Part shown: positions 1 through 10,085 of the stretch, piece by piece
Position numbering within the stretch: the stretch's first letter is position 1
Layout of the letters: each line of letters opens with the position of its first letter
From: Candidatus Latescibacterota bacterium
GTDB taxonomy: Bacteria > Latescibacterota > UBA2968 > UBA8231
Length of the DNA stretch: 64,000 bases
Direction: 5' to 3'
Assembly: GCA_964291625.2 (NCBI GenBank)
Contig: OZ220089.1
Location: 1,152,001 to 1,216,000 of the forward strand
Translations under genes and position numbers: made by a program
Notes under the pieces: model-generated
Seen by the model: only the letters and a program-made list of their open reading frames with translations
Database searches by the model: none
Told to the model about the DNA's origin: nothing

Positions 1-1
1 G

Positions 2-1789
2 GGTGAGGGAGACATCGTCGCCGCCAGCCTGACGATCACGCCCGAGCGGCAGGAGAAGGCCGCCTTCTCCCTGCCCTATCTCCACGTGGACGAGTACCTG
101 GTGACGAAGGCGGGGGGCGACCTGCCGGCAGCGGTCGAAGACCTGGCGGGCCTGGAGATCGGGGTCCGGCGCTCCAGCTCCCACTACCGGACCCTGCTGG
201 AGATCCAGCGGCAGGTGCCGTCCCTGCGCATCCACGAGGCGCCGGAGCAGCTGGGTATGGATCTGCTCGTGGAAGGCGTCGTCCGCGGCGACTACGGGGC
301 CACCGTTTCCGACGAGCACATCTGGCGCGGCGTGGCGAACCACTACCCCGACCTGGCCACGCCCCTGGTGCTCGCCGAGAACCGCCCCATCGCCCTGATG
401 CTGCGGCCCACCGACACGCAACTGAAGACGAGGGTCGACGACTACCTGCTCGCCCGGCGGTTCAGCCGCCACTCCCAGAAGCCCTTCACCGACGACCTGC
501 CCGGACTGAAGGAGCGCGGCCGGCTGCGCATGATCACCCGCAACAACCCGATGACCTATTTCATACACCGGGGCCGCCAGGTGGGGTTCGAATACGAGCT
601 GATGAGGAAGTTCGCCGAGCAGCACGGCCTGCGCCTCGACATCGTCATCCCCGACAGCCACGCCGATGTGCTGACCTACCTGAGAGAGGGCAAGGGAGAC
701 GTGGTGGCCGCGGCCATGACGATCACCCCGGAGCGCGGGGCCCTGGCGGCTTTCTCGCGTCCCTACAACGAGGTGGACGAGCTGGTGGTGGTGCGCGCCG
801 GCGTCGACTCCATCGGCAGTCTCGGGGACCTCGCCGGACAGACGGTCCACGTGCGCCGGAGCGCTTCCTTCTATACCACCTTGAAAGCCCTCCAGGACTC
901 CATCGACCTGGAGATCGCCCTGGTCTCCGACGCCATGGAGACGGAGGAGATCCTCGCCGGCGTCGAAGAGGGCCTCTACGACATCACCCTGTGCGATTCC
1001 AACCTGCTCGACGTGGAGCTGGCCTACGGACGCCGGCTCAAGGCGGCCTTCAGCATCAAGCCCACCCGCCTGGGATGGGCGGTGCGCAAGGAGAACCCGG
1101 CCCTGCTGGCGGCCCTCGACCAGTATGTGAGGGAGGAAAAGGGCGGCCTCTACTTCAACATGATGAAGAAGAGGTACTTCAAGAACCGCCGCACCATCGC
1201 CAGGGCCAAGGACTCCCTGCGCGTCGATCTCAGCGGGCGCCTGTCACCCTACGACGAGTTGGTGAAGAAGTACGCCCGCCAGTACGGGCAGGACTGGCGC
1301 TTGATCACGGCGCAGATGTTCCAGGAATCGAAGTTCGACCCCCAGGCCTCGAGCTGGGTCGGCGCCCTCGGGCTGATGCAGATCATGCCGGACACCGGCC
1401 TCGAGCTGGGATTCGACGACCTGCGCGACCCCGAGGCCAACATCCATGCCGGCATCAAGTACATGCACCAGCTCGTCAGCCGCTTCGATCCCGCCCTCCC
1501 CATGGAGGAACGGGTGCGGCTGGCGCTGGCCTCGTACAACGTCGGGTACGGACACGTCCTCGACGCGCGCCAGCTCGCCCGCGAGCAGGGATGGGATGCC
1601 GACCGGTGGTTCGGCCACGTGGAACGAGCGATGAAGCTCCTGGCCAGGCCGGCCTACTACAAGCGGGCGCGCTACGGCTTCTGCCGCGGCGGCCAGCCCG
1701 TGCACTACGTCCGCAACGTGCAGAGCATGTACGACGCCTACGTGGGGATGCTGAGCCTGGCCTGGCCGGAGGCGGAGACGCGGATCTGA
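2..1789 (+). CDS. mltF: MltF-like lytic murein transglycosylase with tandem substrate-binding domains (5' end outside window)
   Basis: Frame is open from base 2 (GEGDIVAASLTITPER). A second SBP domain follows (GFEYEL, GDVVAAAMTITPER), then an SLT domain with QESKF, GALGLMQIMP and ASYNVG motifs. Confidence 0.85.
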   Translation, partial: GEGDIVAASLTITPERQEKAAFSLPYLHVDEYLVTKAGGDLPAAVEDLAGLEIGVRRSSSHYRTLLEIQRQVPSLRIHEAPEQLGMDLLVEGVVRGDYGATVSDEHIWRGVANHYPDLATPLVLAENRPIALMLRPTDTQLKTRVDDYLLARRFSRHSQKPFTDDLPGLKERGRLRMITRNNPMTYFIHRGRQVGFEYELMRKFAEQHGLRLDIVIPDSHADVLTYLREGKGDVVAAAMTITPERGALAAFSRPYNEVDELVVVRAGVDSIGSLGDLAGQTVHVRRSASFYTTLKALQDSIDLEIALVSDAMETEEILAGVEEGLYDITLCDSNLLDVELAYGRRLKAAFSIKPTRLGWAVRKENPALLAALDQYVREEKGGLYFNMMKKRYFKNRRTIARAKDSLRVDLSGRLSPYDELVKKYARQYGQDWRLITAQMFQESKFDPQASSWVGALGLMQIMPDTGLELGFDDLRDPEANIHAGIKYMHQLVSRFDPALPMEERVRLALASYNVGYGHVLDARQLAREQGWDADRWFGHVERAMKLLARPAYYKRARYGFCRGGQPVHYVRNVQSMYDAYVGMLSLAWPEAETRI

Positions 1790-1811
1790 GGCGAGGAGCG
1801 GTGAGGGGCCC

Positions 1812-2183
1812 TCACTCCGCCGGCGGCGTCTCCGAGGCGGCTAGACCGACGATGTTGCCCTCGATGTCCCTGAACTGGGCGTAGGTGACGGCCCCCGGGA
1901 TGACGGTGGGGGGTTGGACGACCTCGCCTCCGAGCTCGACGGCCCGGTCCAGGGCGCCCTGGATGTCGTCGACCTGCACGTAGATGGTGAGCAGCGAGGC
2001 GCCGTCCATGCTCGCGCCGACGCCGCCGCCGATGCCGTCGCCGGTCTCCTCCGAACCGACGAGGCCGTAGGGCACGTCCGGGGCCATGGGGGTCAGACTC
2101 CAGCCGAAGAGGTCGCGGTAGTACTGCTGCAACGCCTCGGCGTCCTTGCCGGTGATCTCGAAGTGCACCACGGGGTTTGGCAT
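1812..2183 (-). CDS. VOC/glyoxalase family protein
   Basis: MPNPVVHFEI, YYRDLFGW, IYVQVDDI and FRDIEGNIVGL are typical VOC motifs. Confidence 0.9.
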   Translation of the reverse strand: MPNPVVHFEITGKDAEALQQYYRDLFGWSLTPMAPDVPYGLVGSEETGDGIGGGVGASMDGASLLTIYVQVDDIQGALDRAVELGGEVVQPPTVIPGAVTYAQFRDIEGNIVGLAASETPPAE

Positions 2184-2251
2184 GACCATCCTTCCTCGGT
2201 TTATTGGCAACCCTCGATGATGGAAGACGATAGAATAGGGAGGCCGCCGAC

Positions 2252-2857
2252 ATGACGCACCTGAACGAGATCGTGGACCCCTCCCTGGCCCGGGAGCTGG
2301 AGCAGGCCGGGACGGAGGGAAAGGTGGATGTCCTCTTCGCCTACATGGAGCGCCGGGGACAGACCTTCTACGACGAGGCCGTGACCCAGCTCGAGCACGC
2401 CCTGCAGTGCGCCAACGAAGCGCGGTTGTCGGGGGCCGACGACGTACGGGTGACGGGGGCCCTGCTCCACGACGTGGGCCACTTCCTGGTGGACGAGGAT
2501 GACCAGAAGGCCGACTTCCTCACCGAGGACCTGCTCCACGAAGAGGTGGGCGCCGAGTACCTGAAGCCCTTCTTCATCGAGGCCGTGACCGAGGCGGTGG
2601 GGCTCCACGTGCCGGCCAAGCGCTACATCTGCACCGTCGAGCGCGACTACTACGACACCCTGTCCCGGGCCTCCAGGCGCAGCTTCGAGCTGCAGGGCGG
2701 CTTCATGTCCGACGCCGAGAGGGCCGCCTTCGAGACGAACGTCTACTGGGAGACCGCCGTGCAGCTGAGAAAGTGGGACGACCTGGCCAAGGTGAAGGGC
2801 CTGGAGACCCCGGGACTGGAGAGCTACCGCGGGGCCGTGCAGGGATGTCTGAAGTGA
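2252..2857 (+). CDS. HD-domain diiron oxygenase, PhnZ/TmpB-like (phosphonate catabolism)
   Basis: YDEAVTQLEHALQCA, LLHDVGH, HEEVGA, LHVPAKRY, LSRASRRSFELQGG and LRKWDDLAK match PhnZ-family motifs. Confidence 0.8.
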   Translation: MTHLNEIVDPSLARELEQAGTEGKVDVLFAYMERRGQTFYDEAVTQLEHALQCANEARLSGADDVRVTGALLHDVGHFLVDEDDQKADFLTEDLLHEEVGAEYLKPFFIEAVTEAVGLHVPAKRYICTVERDYYDTLSRASRRSFELQGGFMSDAERAAFETNVYWETAVQLRKWDDLAKVKGLETPGLESYRGAVQGCLK

Positions 2858-2896
2858 ACGGGCGGGATGGAGGGCCGAGGCCGCCGGGTGCGGCGC

Positions 2897-3700
2897 TTAC
2901 ACCCGCCCAGGGTAGGAGCGGCCCCGCACCTGCCTGAAGGGCGGCTGCTTCGGCGCGTCGGTGACGGAGTCGTCCTGCCACGACGTGGCCCGCATGTAGT
3001 GCACGGCGTAGCCGCGCCGGCGGCGGCCGGAGGTGTTGGCGCCGCTGCGGTGGACGGTGAGGCTGTGGTGGAAGCTGACGCTGCCCGGCCTCAGCGGCAC
3101 CGCCACCGGCGTCCACGGCTCCCGGCCGAAGTCCTCGTGGAAGGTCCGCAGGCGCGGGCGCTGCATCATCCCCCAGCGGTGGGTCCCGGGCACGAACTCC
3201 AGGCAGCCGTTGGCGTGGTCGGCCTCGTCGATCGCCGTCCACGACGAGACCAGGTCCATGGGGAAGATGTCGCGCCACGAGGCCGAGTCCTGGTGCCAGG
3301 GCTGCTCGGCGCCGACCTCGGGGGGCTTCATGAAGAGCTGGTCGCCGTAGAGCTTGATGTCGTCGGTGCCGAGGAGGTCGGCGATGATGTCGACGACCTT
3401 CGGGTTGCTCGCGTGGTCCCACATGACGTCGTCCTGCACGGCGACCTGGTGGAGCTTGCGCACGGCCAGCACCCGGTCCCCGACCTCCGCCTCCCCTTCC
3501 CGGTAGATGCGCTCGAGCTGGACGCCCCCGGAGACGTGCTCCGCCTCCCCCGCGGCGATCTGGTCGGCGCGCGCCGACACGGCCTCCACCTCCGGCGGCG
3601 ACAGCAGATCCTCCACCACCAGGAAGCCGTTCACCACGAAACGGGTGACCTGGTCCTGCGTCAGCGCCCTGAGAGTCCTTCCTTCCGCCGTGATCGTCAT
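2897..3700 (-). CDS. Phytanoyl-CoA dioxygenase (PhyH) family Fe(II)/2OG oxygenase
   Basis: WHQD, NGCLEFVPGTH and HRSGANTSGRRRRG motifs. Confidence 0.9.
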   Translation of the reverse strand: MTITAEGRTLRALTQDQVTRFVVNGFLVVEDLLSPPEVEAVSARADQIAAGEAEHVSGGVQLERIYREGEAEVGDRVLAVRKLHQVAVQDDVMWDHASNPKVVDIIADLLGTDDIKLYGDQLFMKPPEVGAEQPWHQDSASWRDIFPMDLVSSWTAIDEADHANGCLEFVPGTHRWGMMQRPRLRTFHEDFGREPWTPVAVPLRPGSVSFHHSLTVHRSGANTSGRRRRGYAVHYMRATSWQDDSVTDAPKQPPFRQVRGRSYPGRV

Positions 3701-3843
3701 GTCGTCTCCATGGTGGCGGCCTGGCGGCCGTCTTCGGGTTGCCGGCGCACTAAGAAGGGCCGGTACGGAGTCGCGTCAAATGGGCGGCCTGGTCCGGGAA
3801 TCCGTCGGTCCCCGACTTCGGGGACCATCTGAGGATCGCGCCC

Positions 3844-4260
3844 GTGGCGAGATCTGACCTCGAGTACTGGACCCGGCGCTCCAGCGCCGGCACGGTCGCC
3901 GCCAACCTTCGTTGGGCCTGGAGCCTCGCCTGGGCCCATGGGAGAGCCGCGGTCCTCACCCTGATCGGCATCCAGCTCCTGCTCGGCCTCCAGCCGGCGC
4001 TGCTCATCCACGTGACGCGGAACCTCGTCGACACGGTGGTCGACGCCGCGGGCGGCGGCCCGGCTGACTTCGGGGATGCCCTCCCCTGGCTGGCCGCCTT
4101 CGGCCTGCTCCCCCGGCTGGGCTCGGCGCGCCTGTGCGACCGGATCCTGGTGCTGAAGGAGGGCCGCCTGGTCGAGGACGGCACCCACGAAGAGCTGGTC
4201 TCCCGGGGCGGGGAGTACGCGCGCATGTGGGATCTGCAGGCGGGGTGGTATGGTCCGTAG
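3844..4260 (+). pseudogene. Internally deleted ABC exporter (N-terminal TM segment fused in frame to extreme C-terminus)
   Basis: First about 90 aa resemble an ABC-B TMD start. They join directly to RLGSARLCDRILVLKEGRLVEDGTHEELV, the NBD tail after the H-loop. Walker A/B and signature motifs are absent. Confidence 0.8.
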
Positions 4261-5887
4261 ACGGAAGGCATCGGGCGAGAGACCGCACCGGGAGCCCGCG
4301 GCGCATACCCCCCGGGCACCGCTTTGGTCGGAGACTCCAAGGGCGCGCTACGGCATTCCACCCCTCGTGATGGCCGCTGCCCTCGCCTTGGGGGTCTGGA
4401 CCTTCGACTCCAAGCTCTCCCTCAGCGGCGACAACGCCGAGTTCATCGTCCTCGCCCGCAGCTTGGCCCAGGGAGAGGGCCTGTCCTACATCCACTCTCC
4501 GGAGCCGGGGCCCGCGACCAAGTACCCCTTCGGCTTCCCCCTGTTGCTGGCGCCCCTGGCATGGGCCTTCCCGGAGGACTGGGTGCCGATGAAGGCCCTC
4601 GTCCTGGCCTTGTTCGCACTGGGGATGGGCTTGCTCTACCAGCTGGCCAGGAGACGGGTGGGCCTCTGGCCCGCCCTCGCGGTGGTGGCCCTGAGCCTGA
4701 TGGCCGGCAGGAGCTACCTGACCCACGGGGAGGCGGGCGTGACCTTCGGCCCGATCCTTCTCCACTACGCACATCAGGTCATGTCCGAGATCCCCTACCT
4801 GACCTTCTCCCTCCTCGCCCTGTGGCTCGTCGACCGGGGCGTCGGGCACAAGAGCATCAGGCGCAACTGGTGGCTCCTCAGCGGCTTGGCCTGCACCATC
4901 TGGGCCTGCTTCATCCGCACGTCCGGGATCGCCCTGGCGGCTGCCGTGGCGGCCCATCTTCTCCTTCGGCGGGAGTTCCGGCTGTCTCTCCTCTTCGTAG
5001 GCACGGCACTCATCTGCTGGCTGCCATGGACACTGCGCAACCGCGCGGTCGGCGGCGGCAGCGTCTATCTCAAGCAACTCCTCATGGTCAACCCCTACCG
5101 GCCGGAGCAGGGCTGGCTCGACCTGCCCGGTCTCCTCGAGCGCTACATCGGACAGGTGGATCGCTATCTGAGGGGATGGCCCGAGATGCTGGTCCCTTCC
5201 CTGAGCGGCACGGATACCGTCCTCCACCCCGCGCCCCTGTTGCTGATCGTGCTGGCAACCGCCGCCACGGTGCTCTGCATCCGGCGGGGCGAGCACCTGC
5301 TCCTTCTCTACACGGCCTTCTACATGGGGATGTTGCTCCTGTGGGTCTGGCCGGGGGACCGGTTTCTGGTGCCTCTCCTTCCGGTGGTGGTTCTACTGGG
5401 GGTGTGGACGGTCCTGCAGGTCCTCGACAGACTGGCGGCGATGGGGGGTGCGGCCAAACATGGGGGCCGACTCGTGGTGTGGGGATGCCTGGCGGCGTGG
5501 TTCATCGCCCACGCCGGCGGCGTCAAGCACCTGTCCGACTACGCGGACGACGACTATCCGCCCAACTGGCAAGGCTACTACCAAGCCGGGAAGTGGCTCG
5601 AGGCCAACTCCCCGGAAGAGGCCGTCGTTCTGTGCCGGAAGGGCTTCTGGATGCACATCGTCTCCGGCCGGCGAACGATCGGATTCCCCTTCGCCGAGCC
5701 GGCCGCCATGCTCGCCCATATCGAACGCGAGGGGGCGGACTACGTCGTATTGGAGAGCCTGGGCTCGAGGCGGACCCGCGCCTACCTTGTCCCAACGGTC
5801 CGGGAGTACGAGGACCGCTTCCAGGTACTGTGGTACGACCAGGCGATTCGGACCGTGGTGTTGCGTGTCCTCCCACCCACCCCATGA
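4250..5887 (+). CDS. GT-C fold (ArnT/PMT-like) membrane glycosyltransferase, copy 1
   Basis: Polytopic protein with SGDNAEFIVLARSLAQG, YPFGFPLLLA, SEIPY, IRTSG and DRFLVP, plus a periplasmic C-terminal domain. Start uncertain. Confidence 0.75.
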   Translation: MVRRRKASGERPHREPAAHTPRAPLWSETPRARYGIPPLVMAAALALGVWTFDSKLSLSGDNAEFIVLARSLAQGEGLSYIHSPEPGPATKYPFGFPLLLAPLAWAFPEDWVPMKALVLALFALGMGLLYQLARRRVGLWPALAVVALSLMAGRSYLTHGEAGVTFGPILLHYAHQVMSEIPYLTFSLLALWLVDRGVGHKSIRRNWWLLSGLACTIWACFIRTSGIALAAAVAAHLLLRREFRLSLLFVGTALICWLPWTLRNRAVGGGSVYLKQLLMVNPYRPEQGWLDLPGLLERYIGQVDRYLRGWPEMLVPSLSGTDTVLHPAPLLLIVLATAATVLCIRRGEHLLLLYTAFYMGMLLLWVWPGDRFLVPLLPVVVLLGVWTVLQVLDRLAAMGGAAKHGGRLVVWGCLAAWFIAHAGGVKHLSDYADDDYPPNWQGYYQAGKWLEANSPEEAVVLCRKGFWMHIVSGRRTIGFPFAEPAAMLAHIEREGADYVVLESLGSRRTRAYLVPTVREYEDRFQVLWYDQAIRTVVLRVLPPTP

Positions 5888-5999
5888 AGCACCCCATGCC
5901 GCCGAAGCAGCGAGTGCACCATCTCCTGCCCGCGGAGATCCGGAGCGCGGTGGCGGAAATCAGACAGCGAACCCGTCAACAGGGGAAGCCACCACGTCC

Positions 6000-7607
6000 C
6001 TGAAGCGGCAAGCGCGTCGTCTCCTGGCCGCGGCCGTCGGCGGCGATCCCCGAGGCCGCGCTGCTCGCCACGGCATCCCTCTTCTCGTGGTCGCGGCTAC
6101 CCTCGTCCTGGGGGTCTGGACCTTCGATGCCAAGCTCTCCCTCAGCGGCGACAACGCCGAGTTCATCGTCCTCGCCCGCAGCCTGGCCCAGGGAGAGGGC
6201 CTGTCCTACATCCACTCACCGGAGCCAGGGCCCGCGACCAAGTTCCCCTTCGGCTTTCCCCTGTTGCTGGCGCCCCTGGCATGGGCCTTCCCCGACGACT
6301 GGGTGCCCATGAAGTATCTGGTGCTGGGCCTGTTCTCAGTGGGGATGGGGGTGCTCTACCAGCTGGCCAGGGAGTGGGTGGGCGTCTGGCCCGGCCTCGC
6401 GGTGGTGGCCCTGAGCCTGGTGGCCGGCAAGAGCTACCTGACCCACGACGCGGCCGGCGCGACGTTCGGCCCGATGTTGCTCCGGTGCGCGCACCAGGTC
6501 ACGTCCGAGGTCCCCTACCTGACCTTCTCCCTCCTCGCCCTCTGGCTTGTCGACCGGGGAGTCCGGCGCGAGGGCCTCCGGGGAAACGGGTGGCTCCTCG
6601 GCGGCTTGGCCTGCACCATCTGGGCCTTCTTCATCCGCACGGCCGGGATCGCCCTGGCCGCGGCCGTGGCGTCCCACCTGCTCCTCCGGCGCGACTTCCG
6701 GCGCTGTCTTCTCTTCGTGGGCGCGGCTCTCCTCTGCTGGTTGCCGTGGACGTTGCGCAACCACGCGGCGGGAGGCGGCGGCGTCTATCTCAAGCAGCTG
6801 TTCATGGTCAACCCCTACCATCCGGAGCAGGGCTGGCTCGACCTGTCCGGCTTCCTGGATCGCCTCACGGGAAACGTCGACCGGTATCTGAGGGGATGGC
6901 CCGAGGTCCTGGTGCCCTCCTTCGGCGGCACGGACACGATCTTCCACCCCGCGCCGCTGTTGCTGATCGTGCTGGCCGTCGCCGCCACGGCGCTCTGCAT
7001 CCGGCGGGGCGAGCACCTGCTCCTGCTCTACGTGGCCTTCTCCATGGGAATGGTGCTGCTGTGGTTCTGGCCGGGGGACCGCTTCCTGGTGCCCGTCCTT
7101 CCGGTGGTGATTCTGCTAGGGGTCTGGACGGTCCTGCAGGTCCGCGACAGACTGGCGGCGATGGGCAGGGCGGCCCACCATGCGGGCCGGCTCGCGGCAT
7201 GGGGATGTCTGGCGGCGTGGTTCATCGCCCACGCGGGCGGCGTCAAACGCCTGGCAGACTACGCTGACGACGAATATCCGCCCAACTGGCAGCGCTACTA
7301 CGAAGCCGGAGAGTGGATCGAGGCCAACACCCCGGAGGAAGCGATCGTCGCGTGCCGGAAGGGCTTCTGGATGCACGTCGTCTCCGGCCGGCGAACCACC
7401 GGGTTCCCCTTCGGCGAGCCGGCGGCGGTGCTCGCCCACGTTGAGCGCGAGGGGGTGGACTACGTCGTGGTGGAAAGCCTGGGCTACCGACAGACCCAGG
7501 AGTACCTTGTTCCGGCCATCCACGAGTACGAGGACCGCTTCCAGATGCTGTGGTACGACCAGGACGTTCCGACCTGCGTCATGCGTGTCCTCCCTCCCGC
7601 CCCGTGA
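6000..7607 (+). CDS. GT-C glycosyltransferase, copy 2 (start uncertain: CTG 6000 or GTG 6087)
   Basis: Colinear paralog of copy 1 with the same motifs. The extended 5448 start in the ORF track overlaps copy 1 and is spurious. Confidence 0.75.
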   Translation: MKRQARRLLAAAVGGDPRGRAARHGIPLLVVAATLVLGVWTFDAKLSLSGDNAEFIVLARSLAQGEGLSYIHSPEPGPATKFPFGFPLLLAPLAWAFPDDWVPMKYLVLGLFSVGMGVLYQLAREWVGVWPGLAVVALSLVAGKSYLTHDAAGATFGPMLLRCAHQVTSEVPYLTFSLLALWLVDRGVRREGLRGNGWLLGGLACTIWAFFIRTAGIALAAAVASHLLLRRDFRRCLLFVGAALLCWLPWTLRNHAAGGGGVYLKQLFMVNPYHPEQGWLDLSGFLDRLTGNVDRYLRGWPEVLVPSFGGTDTIFHPAPLLLIVLAVAATALCIRRGEHLLLLYVAFSMGMVLLWFWPGDRFLVPVLPVVILLGVWTVLQVRDRLAAMGRAAHHAGRLAAWGCLAAWFIAHAGGVKRLADYADDEYPPNWQRYYEAGEWIEANTPEEAIVACRKGFWMHVVSGRRTTGFPFGEPAAVLAHVEREGVDYVVVESLGYRQTQEYLVPAIHEYEDRFQMLWYDQDVPTCVMRVLPPAP

Positions 7608-7614
7608 GGCCCCG

Positions 7615-9227
7615 ATGAAGAGACCGCACCCGGAGCCCAGGGCCGATACCCCCCGTGCGCCGCGTTGGTGGGAGACGTCAACGGCGCGCTACGCCATCCC
7701 CCTCTTCGTGATCGCGGCTTCCCTCGCGGTGGGGGTCTGGACCTTCGATTCCAAGCTCTCCCTCAGCGGCGACAACGCCGAGTACATCATCCTCGCCCGC
7801 AGCCTCGCCCAGGGAGAGGGCTTTACCCACACCCACTCCCCGGAGCCAGGGCCCGCGACCAAGTTTCCCTTCGGCTTTCCCCTGTTGCTGGCGCCCCTGG
7901 CATGGGTCTTCCCGGACGACTGGGTGCCCATGAAGGCCCTCGTGCTGGCCTTGTTCGCACTGGGGATGGGCGTGCTCTACCAGTTGGCCAGGGAGCGGGT
8001 GGGCGTCTGGCCCGGCCTCGCGGTGGTGGCCCTGAGCCTGATGGCCGGCAAGAGCTACCTGACCGAAGGGGCGGCCGGCGACACCCACGGCCCGCTGCTG
8101 CCCCACTACGCGCACCAGGTCATGTCCGAGGTCCCCTACCTGACCTTCTCTCTCCTGGCCCTCTGGCTTGTCGACCGGGGGGTCCGGCGCCAGGGCCTCA
8201 GGGGGAACTGGCGGTTCCTGGGCGGCGTGGCCTGCGCCATCTGGGCCTGCTGCATCCGCTCGTCCGGGATCGCCCTGGTGGCGGCCGTGGCGGGCCATCT
8301 GCTCCTCCGGCGGGACTTCCGGCGTTGTCTCTTCTTCGTGGGCGCGACCTTCCTCTGCCTGTTGCCCTGGACACTGCGCAACCAGGCGGTAGGCGGCGGA
8401 GGCGTCTATCTCAAGCAGCTCTTCATGGTCAACCCCTACTATCCGGAGCAGGGCTGGCTCGACCTGCCCGGTTTTCTCGAGCGCTTCATCGGGCATGCCG
8501 ATCGCTATCTGAGGGGATGGCCGGAGATCCTTGTGCCCTCCTTCAGCGGTACGGATACCTTGCTCCCCCCGCGCCACTGGCGGCGGTCGTGCTGGCCGCC
8601 GCCGCCACGGTGCTCTGCATCCGCCGCGGCGAACACCTGCTCCTTCTCTACGCGGCCTTCTCCACGGGCATGCTGCTGCTTTGGTTCTGGCCCAGTGATC
8701 GCTTCCTGGTGCCCTTGTTTCCGGTAGTTGTTTTGCTGGGGGTCTGGACGATCCTGCAGGTGCGCGACCGACTGGCGGCGTACGGCAGGGCCGAGCAGTA
8801 TGCGGGCCGACTCGTCGTATGGGGATGTCTGGCGGCGTGGTTCATCGCCCACGCGGGCGGCCTCCAACGCCTGGCCGACTACGCGGACGACGACTATCCG
8901 CCCAACTGGCAGAGCTACTACCAGGCCGGCGAATGGCTCGAGGCCAACGCCCCGGAGGAAGCGATCGTCCTGTGCCGGAAAGGCCTGTGGATGCATCTCG
9001 TCTCCGGCCGGCGAACCACCGGGTTCCCCTTCGACGAGCCGGCTGCGGTACTCGCCCACATGGAGCGAACGGGGGTGGACTACGTCGTCGTGGAGAGCCT
9101 GGGCTTCCGGCAGACCGGGGACTACCTTGGTCCGGCCATCGGCGAGTACACGGACCGCTTCAGGGTGTCGTGGTACGACCATGCCCAGGCGACCTATGTG
9201 CTCCAGTTCGTCCCACCCGCCCCATGA
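7615..9227 (+). pseudogene. GT-C glycosyltransferase, copy 3, with a 1-nt deletion frameshift at about 8565-8570
   Basis: Paralog split over two frames: reads ctc cccccgcg, where copy 1 reads ctc cac ccc gcg and copy 2 ttc cac ccc gcg. May be a sequencing error. Confidence 0.75.
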
Positions 9228-10027
9228 GGCACCCCATGCCCCTGAAGCAACGAGTGCACCATCTCCTGGCCGTATCGACCGACGGCGACTTCCACAGCCG
9301 GGCCGTGGACCTCGGCATCCTGGGGTTGATCTTCCTCAACGTCGTGGCCCTGACCCTGGAGACGGTGGCGCCGATCCATGCCATGCACCCGGCCGCCTTC
9401 GCCTGGTTCGAGCGCATCTCGCTGGTCATCTTCACCATCGAGTACGGACTCCGCCTGTGGTCGTGCACGGCGGATGCCAGGTACCGGGGTCCCGTGCTGG
9501 GCCGGCTGCGGTTCGTCTTCACGCCCCTGGCGATCATCGATCTGCTGGCCATCCTGCCCCTCTTCCTGCCCCTCTTCGGGCTGGACCTGCGCTTCATGCG
9601 CATCGTACGCCTCCTGCGCTTCTTCCGGCTGGCCAAGCTCTTCCGCTACTCGCGGGCGCTGAGGCTGCTCGGACGCGTCGTGCTGGGGAAGCGGGAGGAG
9701 CTGGCCAGCATCTTCATCGTGCTGATCACCCTGCTGGTGATCGCGGCGTCGCTCATGTATTTCGTCGAGCACGACGACCAGCCGGAGAAGTTCTCCAGCA
9801 TCCCCCAGACCATGTGGTGGGGGGTGATCACCCTGACCACCGTCGGCTACGGGGACTACTACCCGGTCACCGGGGCGGGCAAGTTCATCGCCGCCTGCAT
9901 CGCCGTGCTGGGCATCGGCATGTTCGCCCTGCCCGCGGGCCTGCTGGGGGCCGGCTTCGTCGACGAGCTGCAGGAGCACGGCGGCCAGCGGCACTGCCCG
10001 CACTGCGGAGAGCGGCTGGAGGACTAG
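9224..10027 (+). CDS. Voltage-gated type potassium channel (Ion_trans)
   Basis: S4-like RFMRIVRLLRFFRLAKLFR, pore TLTTVGYGD, C-terminal CPHC. Confidence 0.92.
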   Translation: MRHPMPLKQRVHHLLAVSTDGDFHSRAVDLGILGLIFLNVVALTLETVAPIHAMHPAAFAWFERISLVIFTIEYGLRLWSCTADARYRGPVLGRLRFVFTPLAIIDLLAILPLFLPLFGLDLRFMRIVRLLRFFRLAKLFRYSRALRLLGRVVLGKREELASIFIVLITLLVIAASLMYFVEHDDQPEKFSSIPQTMWWGVITLTTVGYGDYYPVTGAGKFIAACIAVLGIGMFALPAGLLGAGFVDELQEHGGQRHCPHCGERLED

Positions 10028-10085
10028 GACCAGGAAGGCACTTCCACTGCAGGAACGGCTGTAGCGGGACTCACTCGGGATCCGT

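Larger units (their letters stand above)
4270..9268 (+). repeat. Tandem triplication of an approximately 1.6-1.7 kb unit (GT-C gene)
   Basis: Near-identical blocks such as caagctctccctcagcggcgacaacgccgag recur at about 4411, 6131 and 7752. Confidence 0.9.

Noticed and set aside
3807-3826. GC hairpin GGTCCCCG-ACTT-CGGGGACC (and a similar one at about 13381-13398) as a terminator or ncRNA
   Set aside because: No U-tract and no recognisable RNA family features; such hairpins are common at this GC content.
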